Shown piece after piece: positions 47,084-55,711 of a stretch of 64,000 nt of DNA. The position numbers were made by a program, and so were the translations under genes. This DNA is from an uncultured virus (IMG/VR IMGVR_UViG_3300042452_000440). Taxonomy: Duplodnaviria; Heunggongvirae; Uroviricota; Caudoviricetes. The notes below the pieces were generated by a model. That model was not told where the DNA came from. It made no database searches and saw only the letters and a list, made by a program, of their open reading frames with translations. Location of the stretch: the IMG/VR virus record IMGVR_UViG_3300042452_000440; one strand, 5' to 3'. The stretch's first letter is position 1, and the number at the start of each line of letters is the position of its first letter.

Positions 47084-47899
47084 TCAAACAATAGCGTTTC
47101 TAAAATCAGTTGCAGCGAATCCTACAACTCTAAATGCACTGTTAGAAGGTGCGGTTCCGTCATACGAAACAATGAAGGTCAGAAGATCCAGAGCACCAGC
47201 AGTGCCTGTCAGAATGATTGAAGATCCAGCACCAACCTTAATATGAGTGGTGTAACCCACATTACCTGGATGTATTCTAACCGTTGCAAGTTGAGTTCCA
47301 ATACCAGTTGCCGCTGTCGTATTGGTTGGAGATGCACCTTGTGTTACGAGAACTGAGAATGTCTGAGTTCCTGCCGTATCTGTTCGAATACCAGTAAAGG
47401 AAACGATACCAATCTGTGCAGTCGTCGTATGAGTAAATACGGTTCCGTTTGCAGCATCAAGATTCAGAATGTTTGATGTCGTTGTTGCAGAAGTCTGAGA
47501 TTCTACAAATCCTTTTGTCTTAAATGTCGTTCCAGCACTGACAAGACCTGTTGTTCCGTTGAGTGTTGTGAGCGTCGCAACTCCAACCGTAAGACCACCA
47601 GCAGAAAGACTGTTTGTGCTTCCAGTAATATCAAACTCAACAGCAGTTGATAATCCAGTATTATTAACACCCGAAACTGTAATACTAGGAGAACCAGAAA
47701 GACCCGTTGCGTTTCCAGTTACATTACCAGTGATATTACCAGTGATATTACCAGTTACATTACCCGTTACTGGTCCAACAAAACTCGAAGCAGTTACAAC
47801 ACCAGTAACTGTCGCATCAGTTGTGACTGTGAGTGCTTGTAAAGTGGGACCACCCGTTCCCGCTTTATTTTTTATGACATCAACATTTAACTGCGACAT
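47084..47899 (-). CDS. Short fibre with C-terminal adaptor domain
   Basis: N-terminal MSQLNVDVIKNKAG; GNITGNVTG repeats; C-domain IGIVSF...DLLTF related to 40479-41321. Confidence 0.72.
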   Translation of the reverse strand: MSQLNVDVIKNKAGTGGPTLQALTVTTDATVTGVVTASSFVGPVTGNVTGNITGNITGNVTGNATGLSGSPSITVSGVNNTGLSTAVEFDITGSTNSLSAGGLTVGVATLTTLNGTTGLVSAGTTFKTKGFVESQTSATTTSNILNLDAANGTVFTHTTTAQIGIVSFTGIRTDTAGTQTFSVLVTQGASPTNTTAATGIGTQLATVRIHPGNVGYTTHIKVGAGSSIILTGTAGALDLLTFIVSYDGTAPSNSAFRVVGFAATDFRNAIV

Positions 47900-47925
47900 T
47901 TTTATACTTCTTTTTAGTTATTTAT

Positions 47926-48123
47926 TCAAGATACATTATAAACATCAGGGATTAAAGTCTTACCCTGATCAATCGTTAACAACACTCCTGTGTCAACAAC
48001 AAGAATCGATTCTTCCACAATCACATTCGAATCAATCGGATCCGCATTGGTTGTATTTAATGTCATTGTTTCAGTCACGTGAGCAACCGAAACGGAATAA
48101 GGAGTGCTTGTGATCCTATCCAT
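47926..48123 (-). CDS. Small connector-like protein
   Basis: 65 aa; paralogous to the C-terminus of 48123-49376 (AHVT...ESILVxDTG...PDxYNV). Confidence 0.7.
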   Translation of the reverse strand: MDRITSTPYSVSVAHVTETMTLNTTNADPIDSNVIVEESILVVDTGVLLTIDQGKTLIPDVYNVS

Positions 48124-49376
48124 TATTCAAACACATTATAGAGATCAGGAACAACAGTATTGTTATCACCAATCGTGACTCCAATACCAGTATCAATGAC
48201 AAGAATCGATTCACCAATCACAATGTTCGCAGGTATGGTTTCACCTGTTGTTGAAGAATCAAGTGTGATTGATTGAGTGACGTGTGCAAGTGAGAGAATG
48301 AATGGTGATTGTCCACCACCAGGATAGTTGATTCTTGTGCCAGCAGAAGATCCACCACCACCAGAAATGCTGACATCAACACGATCACCAACAACGGCAA
48401 AAGTATTTCCAACACCAATAAAGTTGATCTGAGTGACACCAGTACCAATCGTAACTCCACCAGACTGAATACCGACACCAACTAATGGATCACCAGGTCT
48501 CAGTCCAACATTACCAGTTCTTCCATTGAATCCAGTGACTGCACTTGTGACTGCACCAGCAAAACCAATGTGTCTTGCCTGAATGACCGCACCATTCGCA
48601 GGAGCCTCTGAGAATGTCAGAACACTATCATAGATTGTATATGCTCTTGTGATTGTATTATCACTTGGATATTGGGTGACACCATCAATCGTGACTAACA
48701 GACTCTCATTGTTTGGAACTGTTCGGGACAGTGTGAACTCTGTCTGAGATCCATTTCCAGTAAAGTTGTCAACCTTATTATCAGTGATATCATAAGTTGG
48801 GAAGTTATTGGCAATGATGTTTCCCCAGAAAACATCATCACTTCCAGGAGCAACTGAGAAAACAATAACACCAGGATGTTCTAGACCATAACCATCAGTA
48901 GGTGTTGCAGTTTCAAATGGTTGTTGTAGAACACCATTGATCGAAATGGTCAGTTGAGAAGCATTTGTGATTCTTGCTCCTGTTCCATTATTATAAGTCG
49001 CTCTGAATCTTGTGTTAATCCCATCAAAAGCAAGATTCAGTGTATGAGAACTACCAGATCCAACAGAAGTCAGATTGATTGTATTGCTTAATAAAGCATC
49101 TGCATATGTTGCAGCAAGTTTGATTGTGTCTGCACCATTGTTAACAATATAATAAGCACTTCCAGAAGTCAGACCACCGATTGCACTTCCACCGCCGTGC
49201 GTATAGGTGACTCTCTGTCCTGTAACGAACCTATGCTCAATCTCAGTGATTGTGTCGTTTGTGAGAGATACTTTAACTGATGGATCAAACGTCAGAGTGT
49301 ATGACGAAAGATTATCAAGTTTCTTAAAGTTTCCTGTCGTATCTCCTACGACATAAGGATTGCCGATAAGGGGCAT
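48123..49376 (-). CDS. Virion structural/fibre-base protein
   Basis: FDG..T.F, ISINGVLQ.P, FTGNGSQT.F.L, VTIDGVTQ repeated domains. Confidence 0.72.
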   Translation of the reverse strand: MPLIGNPYVVGDTTGNFKKLDNLSSYTLTFDPSVKVSLTNDTITEIEHRFVTGQRVTYTHGGGSAIGGLTSGSAYYIVNNGADTIKLAATYADALLSNTINLTSVGSGSSHTLNLAFDGINTRFRATYNNGTGARITNASQLTISINGVLQQPFETATPTDGYGLEHPGVIVFSVAPGSDDVFWGNIIANNFPTYDITDNKVDNFTGNGSQTEFTLSRTVPNNESLLVTIDGVTQYPSDNTITRAYTIYDSVLTFSEAPANGAVIQARHIGFAGAVTSAVTGFNGRTGNVGLRPGDPLVGVGIQSGGVTIGTGVTQINFIGVGNTFAVVGDRVDVSISGGGGSSAGTRINYPGGGQSPFILSLAHVTQSITLDSSTTGETIPANIVIGESILVIDTGIGVTIGDNNTVVPDLYNVFE

Positions 49377-49413
49377 TGATTTATAGACGATCTGCGTTGC
49401 TATTATTTAGTAT

Positions 49414-49439
49414 AAAAAAGAGGGGTGGTGTTCCCCTCT
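49414..49439 (-). terminator. Intrinsic terminator
   Basis: Minus strand AGAGGGG-AACACCA-CCCCTCTTTTTT. Confidence 0.8.
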
Positions 49440-49444
49440 GAGTA

Positions 49445-49867
49445 TCATTCGGCAGGTGTTTCTTCTGCTGGTGGTTCGGGAGTAAATAGTTCCCAAGCAC
49501 CTGCTTCTTCGTCCCAACGATAGAATGAACGTGCTTCAATCTCTGCTTCGGTCAGTGCAGGAGCAGGACCGACTGGTGATTCCCAGTCGGCAGTTTCTGT
49601 GTTGAGAACCCAAGACTCAAAGGGCTTTGGTGCAATGAAAGCATCAAGTTCTTCATTAAAACTGTAACCAATCCCTGCGTAGCGTACTCGGAAGTTATTG
49701 TTGTATGAGGTCTGCTTCCAGTTGGTATCAGCACCCAGAAGTTTCTTGCAGAATGCTACACCGATTTCTTCTACTTCGTTTCCATTTACGTCCGAAGTAT
49801 CTTCGTTAGCGACTACAATAACTTGAGTCACTACTTTGTTATCATCTAATTGTGCAAAATGAGCCAT
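49445..49867 (-). CDS. MAHFA-type small acidic protein (possible tip chaperone)
   Basis: MAHFAQLD..VV..VIVV...WKQTSYN...YAGIG...DAFIAPKPF.SW.L...W..P...Y.WDE. Confidence 0.75.
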   Translation of the reverse strand: MAHFAQLDDNKVVTQVIVVANEDTSDVNGNEVEEIGVAFCKKLLGADTNWKQTSYNNNFRVRYAGIGYSFNEELDAFIAPKPFESWVLNTETADWESPVGPAPALTEAEIEARSFYRWDEEAGAWELFTPEPPAEETPAE

Positions 49868-49904
49868 TGTTGTTATTAATAGTACTAATTGTTTTGATTA
49901 TTTA

Positions 49905-50303
49905 TTACGATGAAGAATCAGATTCAAATAATTTCCATTCTTTAGTTTCCTCATTCCAACGATAATTCATTTTTTTTAGTTTTTCTTCTTCTGTTAGTTC
50001 TGGTTCTGGAATTGGAGGATCCCATTTTTTAGATTCTCTATTTAAAGACCATGATGGAAATGGTTGAGGTAAAACAAATATTCCCAACTGTTCATCATAG
50101 ATGCTACCAACTCCACCTATATCAGTGGTTCTGGGATTGTGATATATTCTTTTCCATTTTGAAATAGAATTGAAATGTTTTTTACAATACCCAATACCAA
50201 TATCCTCATCTTCTTTTCCAAATATATCTTTAAGATGTTTATCTTCAATAATGATTATTCTAGTAATAACATTATTTGAATCTAATTCTGCAAAGTATGC
50301 CAT
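49905..50303 (-). CDS. Paralog of 49445-49867
   Basis: MAYFAELD...G.G..YD...F..PQPFPSW.L...W.PP.P.P...Y.WNEE. Confidence 0.75.
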   Translation of the reverse strand: MAYFAELDSNNVITRIIIIEDKHLKDIFGKEDEDIGIGYCKKHFNSISKWKRIYHNPRTTDIGGVGSIYDEQLGIFVLPQPFPSWSLNRESKKWDPPIPEPELTEEEKLKKMNYRWNEETKEWKLFESDSSS

Positions 50304-50318
50304 TTAATTTTACCACAC

Positions 50319-52172
50319 TTAAATTGGGTATGCAATAAAGACGATGCCAGAACCACCAGCACCACTGGTTACGGAATTAGTGTCTCCTGCCGAAGATCCA
50401 CCACCTCCACCACCAGTATTTGTTGTTCCCGATGTTGTTGGATTTCTTGGATAAGGTCCACCAGCACCACCTCCACCAGCACCACCAGATCCAGCAGTCT
50501 GAGATTCAAAAGTTCCACCAGCACCGCCGCCACCAGCAAAGTAGAAACCACCAGGATTAGGTCCAGGAGTTCCATATGGATTTGATGGATCAATAAATGT
50601 TGCTGGTGCTTGTTTTCCTATACCACCAGGTGCAGATGGAGGATTTCCCGGACCTCTTGCATTTGTGCCCGCACCACCGGCACCACCACCGCCGCCAGCA
50701 TTGTTATTTGGTGATGAGTTTGCATCTCCTCCTGGATATCCTTGCTGCAATAGTCCTGGATAGTTTGTTGCAGATCCACCACCACCATTAGATCCAGTAG
50801 GAGCGCCACCACCACCAGAACCACCAGGATTTCCGGGAGCAGTTGAAGGATTTTCAGCAGAACCACCAGCACCACCACCAGTTACACTGATAGGTGATGT
50901 AAAGTTAACACTTGATAAACTTCCATTATTACCTCTCGCACCACCTGTTTGAGCAGCACCTCCACCACCAACCGTAACTGTGTATGATCCTGGTACAATT
51001 TCCAGAGAACTACTAAACCATCCACCAGCACCACCACCAGCAGTTTGTCCGGTGGTATTGTTTTGTCCAGCACCACCAGAACCTCCGCCAGCAACTATAA
51101 GGTATTCAAGTGTTCCGTTACCAGAAGTGATAGAGAAAGGACCAGTTGAAGTAAAGACATGTATTTTTTTATTATTGTAAATATATGTTGTACCTCCTGT
51201 GGCAGAAATTGGTGTTGGTGTAGCAATGTAGCGAACAATTACTACTCCATCGCCACCTTTTCCAGAATTTCCTCCTGAGTTTTTTCCTCCTCCTCCACCA
51301 CCACCAGTATTATCCACACCTGCAGTTCCATTTATACTGGATGGGCTAGCTCCTGCGCCCCCACCACCAGGTCCACCAGATGGAGTTGGGGTACTGTCAT
51401 AATCACTTCCTCCTCCACCACCAAAAAGTCCTGTTGGTCCAACTGCGGATACCCAAGGAGCAGGCATTATCGGATTAAAAACAGGTCCAGGAAATACTGG
51501 GAATGGTTGTCCAGATCCACCAGGTCCAGTACTTCCTTGTCCACCAGCCCCTCCACCACCACCGCCAGAAGTGGTATTATTTCCACTACCACCACGATTT
51601 CCATATCCAGTATATGTTCCTGATGGGCTTTGTGTTGAATTTCCATATCCCGATGTAGGAGCTGCTGTTGCTCCCCCACCAGACCCTCCAGGAGAAGCAG
51701 TGCCACACGGATTATGTCCGGCACCGCCACCACCACCATTGGCAATTGCAGGTCCAAAAGAAGATGGACTGCCAGGATTACCACCAGGAGATTGTGGTGC
51801 ATTTAATGTATATGGAACTGCTGCACCACCAGAACCAACAGACACTGGATATGTTCCAGGTGTTAAAGGTATACTAGAGGAATAAAGAACACCGCCAGCA
51901 CCACCTCCACCATTAGCGCCAGCACCACATCCAGTTCCAGTGCCACCAGAAGCACCACCACCAACAATTAAAACATTTGCCGAAGATACAGATCCAGATT
52001 CAACAACAAGACTTCCAGATGCTGTAAAGAGATGATAAGTATAATCACCAGAAACTACTTTTGATCCACCAGTAGCACTAAACGATGGTGAACTTTGTGA
52101 AGAAGCATCTGTTCCACTTGCTGAAAATAAATCAGAATAGTCTGATATTTTATTATTGCTTCGGATTCCCAT
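50319..52172 (-). CDS. Tandem two-domain Gly/Pro-rich tip protein
   Basis: N-terminal MGIRSNNK..YSDLFS.SGTDAS; two repeats; ends GGSGIVFIAYPI. Confidence 0.8.
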   Translation of the reverse strand: MGIRSNNKISDYSDLFSASGTDASSQSSPSFSATGGSKVVSGDYTYHLFTASGSLVVESGSVSSANVLIVGGGASGGTGTGCGAGANGGGGAGGVLYSSSIPLTPGTYPVSVGSGGAAVPYTLNAPQSPGGNPGSPSSFGPAIANGGGGGAGHNPCGTASPGGSGGGATAAPTSGYGNSTQSPSGTYTGYGNRGGSGNNTTSGGGGGGAGGQGSTGPGGSGQPFPVFPGPVFNPIMPAPWVSAVGPTGLFGGGGGSDYDSTPTPSGGPGGGGAGASPSSINGTAGVDNTGGGGGGGKNSGGNSGKGGDGVVIVRYIATPTPISATGGTTYIYNNKKIHVFTSTGPFSITSGNGTLEYLIVAGGGSGGAGQNNTTGQTAGGGAGGWFSSSLEIVPGSYTVTVGGGGAAQTGGARGNNGSLSSVNFTSPISVTGGGAGGSAENPSTAPGNPGGSGGGGAPTGSNGGGGSATNYPGLLQQGYPGGDANSSPNNNAGGGGGAGGAGTNARGPGNPPSAPGGIGKQAPATFIDPSNPYGTPGPNPGGFYFAGGGGAGGTFESQTAGSGGAGGGGAGGPYPRNPTTSGTTNTGGGGGGSSAGDTNSVTSGAGGSGIVFIAYPI

Positions 52173-52193
52173 TGTATATTGTTTTTTGAGTAT

Positions 52194-53204
52194 TTATCCT
52201 ACTCGATACCTAATAATCACTATTCCAGATCCACCTTGTCCGGAACTATTTGGATTGCCATCATTTGCACCAGAACCGCCACCACCGCTACCAGTATTTG
52301 TAGATCCCGATGTTCCATTAGAAAGTGGATTACCAACATTACGATTTCCACCCTTACCTCCACCGCCAGGTCCACCAGGAGCGCCAGTTGGTTGTTGATC
52401 ATTTCCACCAGCACCACCACCACCTGCAAGTGTTAATGGAGATGAAGTAATAGAAATAGAAATTCCAGATCCACCAGATGCATGAGCAGGAGCGGCACTG
52501 GCGCCAGATTGTCCCGCGCCCCCTGCGCCACCTCCCCCACCACCTCTATAAGTACTTGAACCACCGTAGTGAGCTCCACCAGCGTTTCCTTGTGTTGGAT
52601 CTGATGGGGAAACTGGTCCAAGAGATGATCCAGTTTGCTGACCTCTTCCACCAGAAGATCCTCCTTGTCCAGCATCATCAAAATTTCCACCACCACCATA
52701 TCCGCCACCAAGTGATGTTATTGCAGAAACTCCATTACCTCCACCAGGATTAAAAACACTAGATGATCCATTACTACCTGGACTAGATGACGTTGAAGAT
52801 GCTCCCCCACCACCAACTTCAACAGTATAAGTATATGGATTAGAAGGAATAGTTACTGTGGTTCCATATGGTGCATATGGGTGTCCAGAGATATTAGTTT
52901 TAAATCCACCTGCTCCCCCTCCACCAGAACAACCTGTTGTATTGTCTTTTGCACCACCACCAGATCCACCCCCACCAATGACCAAATACTCTACAGTATT
53001 GGGAGAACCAACAGATGTAACCTCAAAAGATCCAAGTGAAGTGAAGGTATGGGTTTTATAAGTTATTCCTCCCGATGAAAATGTATCAATTGTTCCGCCC
53101 GTGGCAATCCACGGGCGAGGAGCAGCAGCAGAAGCATCAGTTCCAGTTTTAGAAAAATTATCTTTAAATCTTGCTTGTGGATTATTAACAGATCTTAATC
53201 CCAT
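52194..53204 (-). CDS. Single-domain Gly-rich tip protein
   Basis: N-terminal MGLRSVNN...FKDNFSKTGTDAS; ATGG...HTFT...GGSGIVIIRY. Confidence 0.8.
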   Translation of the reverse strand: MGLRSVNNPQARFKDNFSKTGTDASAAAPRPWIATGGTIDTFSSGGITYKTHTFTSLGSFEVTSVGSPNTVEYLVIGGGGSGGGAKDNTTGCSGGGGAGGFKTNISGHPYAPYGTTVTIPSNPYTYTVEVGGGGASSTSSSPGSNGSSSVFNPGGGNGVSAITSLGGGYGGGGNFDDAGQGGSSGGRGQQTGSSLGPVSPSDPTQGNAGGAHYGGSSTYRGGGGGGAGGAGQSGASAAPAHASGGSGISISITSSPLTLAGGGGAGGNDQQPTGAPGGPGGGGKGGNRNVGNPLSNGTSGSTNTGSGGGGSGANDGNPNSSGQGGSGIVIIRYRVG

Positions 53205-53241
53205 TATGCATATTAACTAATTATTGATATTTATTCCGTTA

Positions 53242-54132
53242 TTATAAAACTTCAATGGTCACTGATCCATTAGCATTATTAGTTGAGTTAGTATATGAAA
53301 AACTACTAATCCTGGCAGAATCATAGTAAGAAGATCCGCCACCGCCAGATGAACCACCTTGCCCACAATGTGCGTTACCACCGCCGCCTCCATAATAACC
53401 ACCTCCACCAGATCCTCCAGATCCACTGCCATCTGGACAAGTTCCAGATCTACCACCTGTATACCCAGATCCACTTTCGGCACCTTGTGCAGATCCAACA
53501 TTATTTAATCCACCAGTACCGGCAGCGGATTGAGTTCCTCCTGTTGGTCTTACCATTGGGGTATCATTTCTTTCCCCATCAGATCCTGTTGGATATCCAC
53601 CACCACTATTATAACTAGAAGTTTTTGTAACTGTATCATTACTTCTTCCACCACCACCAGCACCAATCAAAAGATAGTTGGAACGATTTGCAGCATCTAA
53701 TGGATTATTATTTGTTCCTCTCCACCATCCACTAAATCCACCACCAGGAGCTCCATTTTGCTGAGAATCTCCACCACCTGGATATCCACCAGTAGTTCCA
53801 CTATTTGGACCTGCTTGTCCAACAACAAAATAATATGTACCAGCTGGCGTAGATGTATAAGTACCAGTTACTGATCCACCAAAACCTGCTTCATAATATC
53901 TGTTTGAACCTCTTGCACCAACGCAAGTAACTCTAAGTGTAGGAGATCCTAAAACAGTAGTTTCAAAAACTGCACCTGCTGTGGAAAATGATAAAGTTTG
54001 TCCACTAGTATAGACAGTTCCATTATAAGAAATTCCAGATACAGAAGATGGAAGTCTAGAGGCTTTTGTTCCAGTGTTTGCAAAAATATTTCTATATGAT
54101 GCTATCTTATTATTAATAGATTTAATAGTCAT
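53242..54132 (-). CDS. Gly-rich tip protein
   Basis: N-terminal MTIKSINNK.ASYRNIFA.TGT.AS; GGTQSAAG...GGGGYYGGGGG...GGGGSSY. Confidence 0.78.
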   Translation of the reverse strand: MTIKSINNKIASYRNIFANTGTKASRLPSSVSGISYNGTVYTSGQTLSFSTAGAVFETTVLGSPTLRVTCVGARGSNRYYEAGFGGSVTGTYTSTPAGTYYFVVGQAGPNSGTTGGYPGGGDSQQNGAPGGGFSGWWRGTNNNPLDAANRSNYLLIGAGGGGRSNDTVTKTSSYNSGGGYPTGSDGERNDTPMVRPTGGTQSAAGTGGLNNVGSAQGAESGSGYTGGRSGTCPDGSGSGGSGGGGYYGGGGGNAHCGQGGSSGGGGSSYYDSARISSFSYTNSTNNANGSVTIEVL

Positions 54133-54144
54133 CTTTTTGCGTTG

Positions 54145-54540
54145 TTAGATATCAGTATCACCATTAATCATAAAGTTAATAGCAGACCCGACACCAACAC
54201 CACCAGTATCAGGTGCAGTAATATCTACTGCTAGTTTATCGCCAGTTGACAATACAATGGGATAGTTAGTTTCAAAGAAAGTTGTTTCATTTGCTGCAAG
54301 ATCAATTCTCAGAATTCTATTCGCTGTTACACCAACACCAGTTACAGTCTGACCACTTGGATAAACATAAAGTGATGTTCTTGCAGTTCCAAGACCAGTA
54401 TTATGCATAATAACACTTCGGATATAAGTTGTCCCAGCAACACCAGCAGGAGTCGAAGTGGTTCCAGCAGTAAAGATACCAACCGTAGCAATACCAGTTA
54501 CCGCCTGAATATTCAAAAGTTTTGTTCTTTGAAGTGTCAT
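54145..54540 (-). CDS. Small beta-rich adaptor protein
   Basis: 131 aa, ...IVLSTGD.L...; resembles 62455-62766; lies between a fibre and three tip genes. Confidence 0.65.
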   Translation of the reverse strand: MTLQRTKLLNIQAVTGIATVGIFTAGTTSTPAGVAGTTYIRSVIMHNTGLGTARTSLYVYPSGQTVTGVGVTANRILRIDLAANETTFFETNYPIVLSTGDKLAVDITAPDTGGVGVGSAINFMINGDTDI

Positions 54541-54559
54541 CGTATTACTTTTTAGTTAT

Positions 54560-55270
54560 TTATGAGAACAGATATGCATCAAGTACACTAAAACTTGATG
54601 GTAGATTTGTAAGTTGAGAAGCATCACCTTTAAATGCAGATGCTGTCACAATACCAGTTGCTACAACACCACCAGTTAATGTTAATCCAGAAGTGCTCAG
54701 TGTTGCAGCAGTTCCGACATTTATATTTCCAGAAGAACTTACAGAAGTTGCATATAAAGTTCCAGTGACCGTAGCACCAGCACTGACTGTTTCAAACTTC
54801 TTACTATTGTCATAATAAAGTTCAGAGGCACCATTGCCAGTGAACTTTGCCATCGTTTCACCAGTAGTATGATGCTGAATGATGACATCAGTTGATCCAG
54901 AAAGATATAAGTTTCCAGTTCCAGTATCTTCTACGTAACTGTTTGTTCCGTCGTGATAGATTCTAAGATCATCACCATCACCAAAGTTTGCCTTAACATT
55001 ATCACGAAGATTTATGTTCTGGGTGAAGGTGCTTATGCCAGATGCATAAAACCCAGTTACAACAATACTTGGAGATCCAGTTAATCCTGATGCAAGTGTT
55101 GAAGTACCACTAAAAGTTCCACTGAAAGAAGTTGCAGTGATAATACCAGTTGAGTTAATATTTCCTACACTACTAATCCCCGAACCACCTAAGTCAAGAT
55201 TATCTCCCGATTGGAGTTCTTGAAGTTGATTCGCATTGGGATTATAAATCAGCGGATATCTATTCGCCAT
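54560..55270 (-). CDS. Short tail fibre protein
   Basis: MANRYPL; FGDGDDLRIYHDG.NSY; ELYYDNSKKFET; GDASQLTNLP. Confidence 0.72.
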   Translation of the reverse strand: MANRYPLIYNPNANQLQELQSGDNLDLGGSGISSVGNINSTGIITATSFSGTFSGTSTLASGLTGSPSIVVTGFYASGISTFTQNINLRDNVKANFGDGDDLRIYHDGTNSYVEDTGTGNLYLSGSTDVIIQHHTTGETMAKFTGNGASELYYDNSKKFETVSAGATVTGTLYATSVSSSGNINVGTAATLSTSGLTLTGGVVATGIVTASAFKGDASQLTNLPSSFSVLDAYLFS

Positions 55271-55295
55271 TATATCTGAATAGTCTTTTGATTAT

Positions 55296-55694
55296 TTATG
55301 CCACATTAAAAGCGATGAATCCTTTGGTGCCATCTCTTTTCAGAACACCAAGTTGTTCGCCATTTAATGCTAGTGTTGCAGCAGTTGTTCTTGTTCCGAT
55401 TGTCAAACTTGTCATAGCAGTGGTGTTCAGAGTGGTTCCAAACACAATACAGTAAAATCTACCAGATGAAGATGGGGCAGCAGCAAAGGTGATTTGATTC
55501 TCACTGATGATATAAGAAACGATTGGTTCCTGAATGACACCATCAAGTGACAAAAGTAATGTATAAGGGTTTGATGTGAAGTATGGTTGACCACCAAGTG
55601 TCAGATTAAAAGTGGTTTTAGTTCCGTCAAACTGATCTGAAATATCATCAAGTTTGATGTATGGACCAGTTTGTTGGGGTCTTCCGATATACAT
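55296..55694 (-). CDS. Virion structural protein
   Basis: YIG..P...KLDDIS..FDG..TTF.L...LDGVIQEP...ITF.AAP domain. Confidence 0.7.
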   Translation of the reverse strand: MYIGRPQQTGPYIKLDDISDQFDGTKTTFNLTLGGQPYFTSNPYTLLLSLDGVIQEPIVSYIISENQITFAAAPSSSGRFYCIVFGTTLNTTAMTSLTIGTRTTAATLALNGEQLGVLKRDGTKGFIAFNVA

Positions 55695-55711
55695 TGGAGG
55701 TTTTTAGGTAT

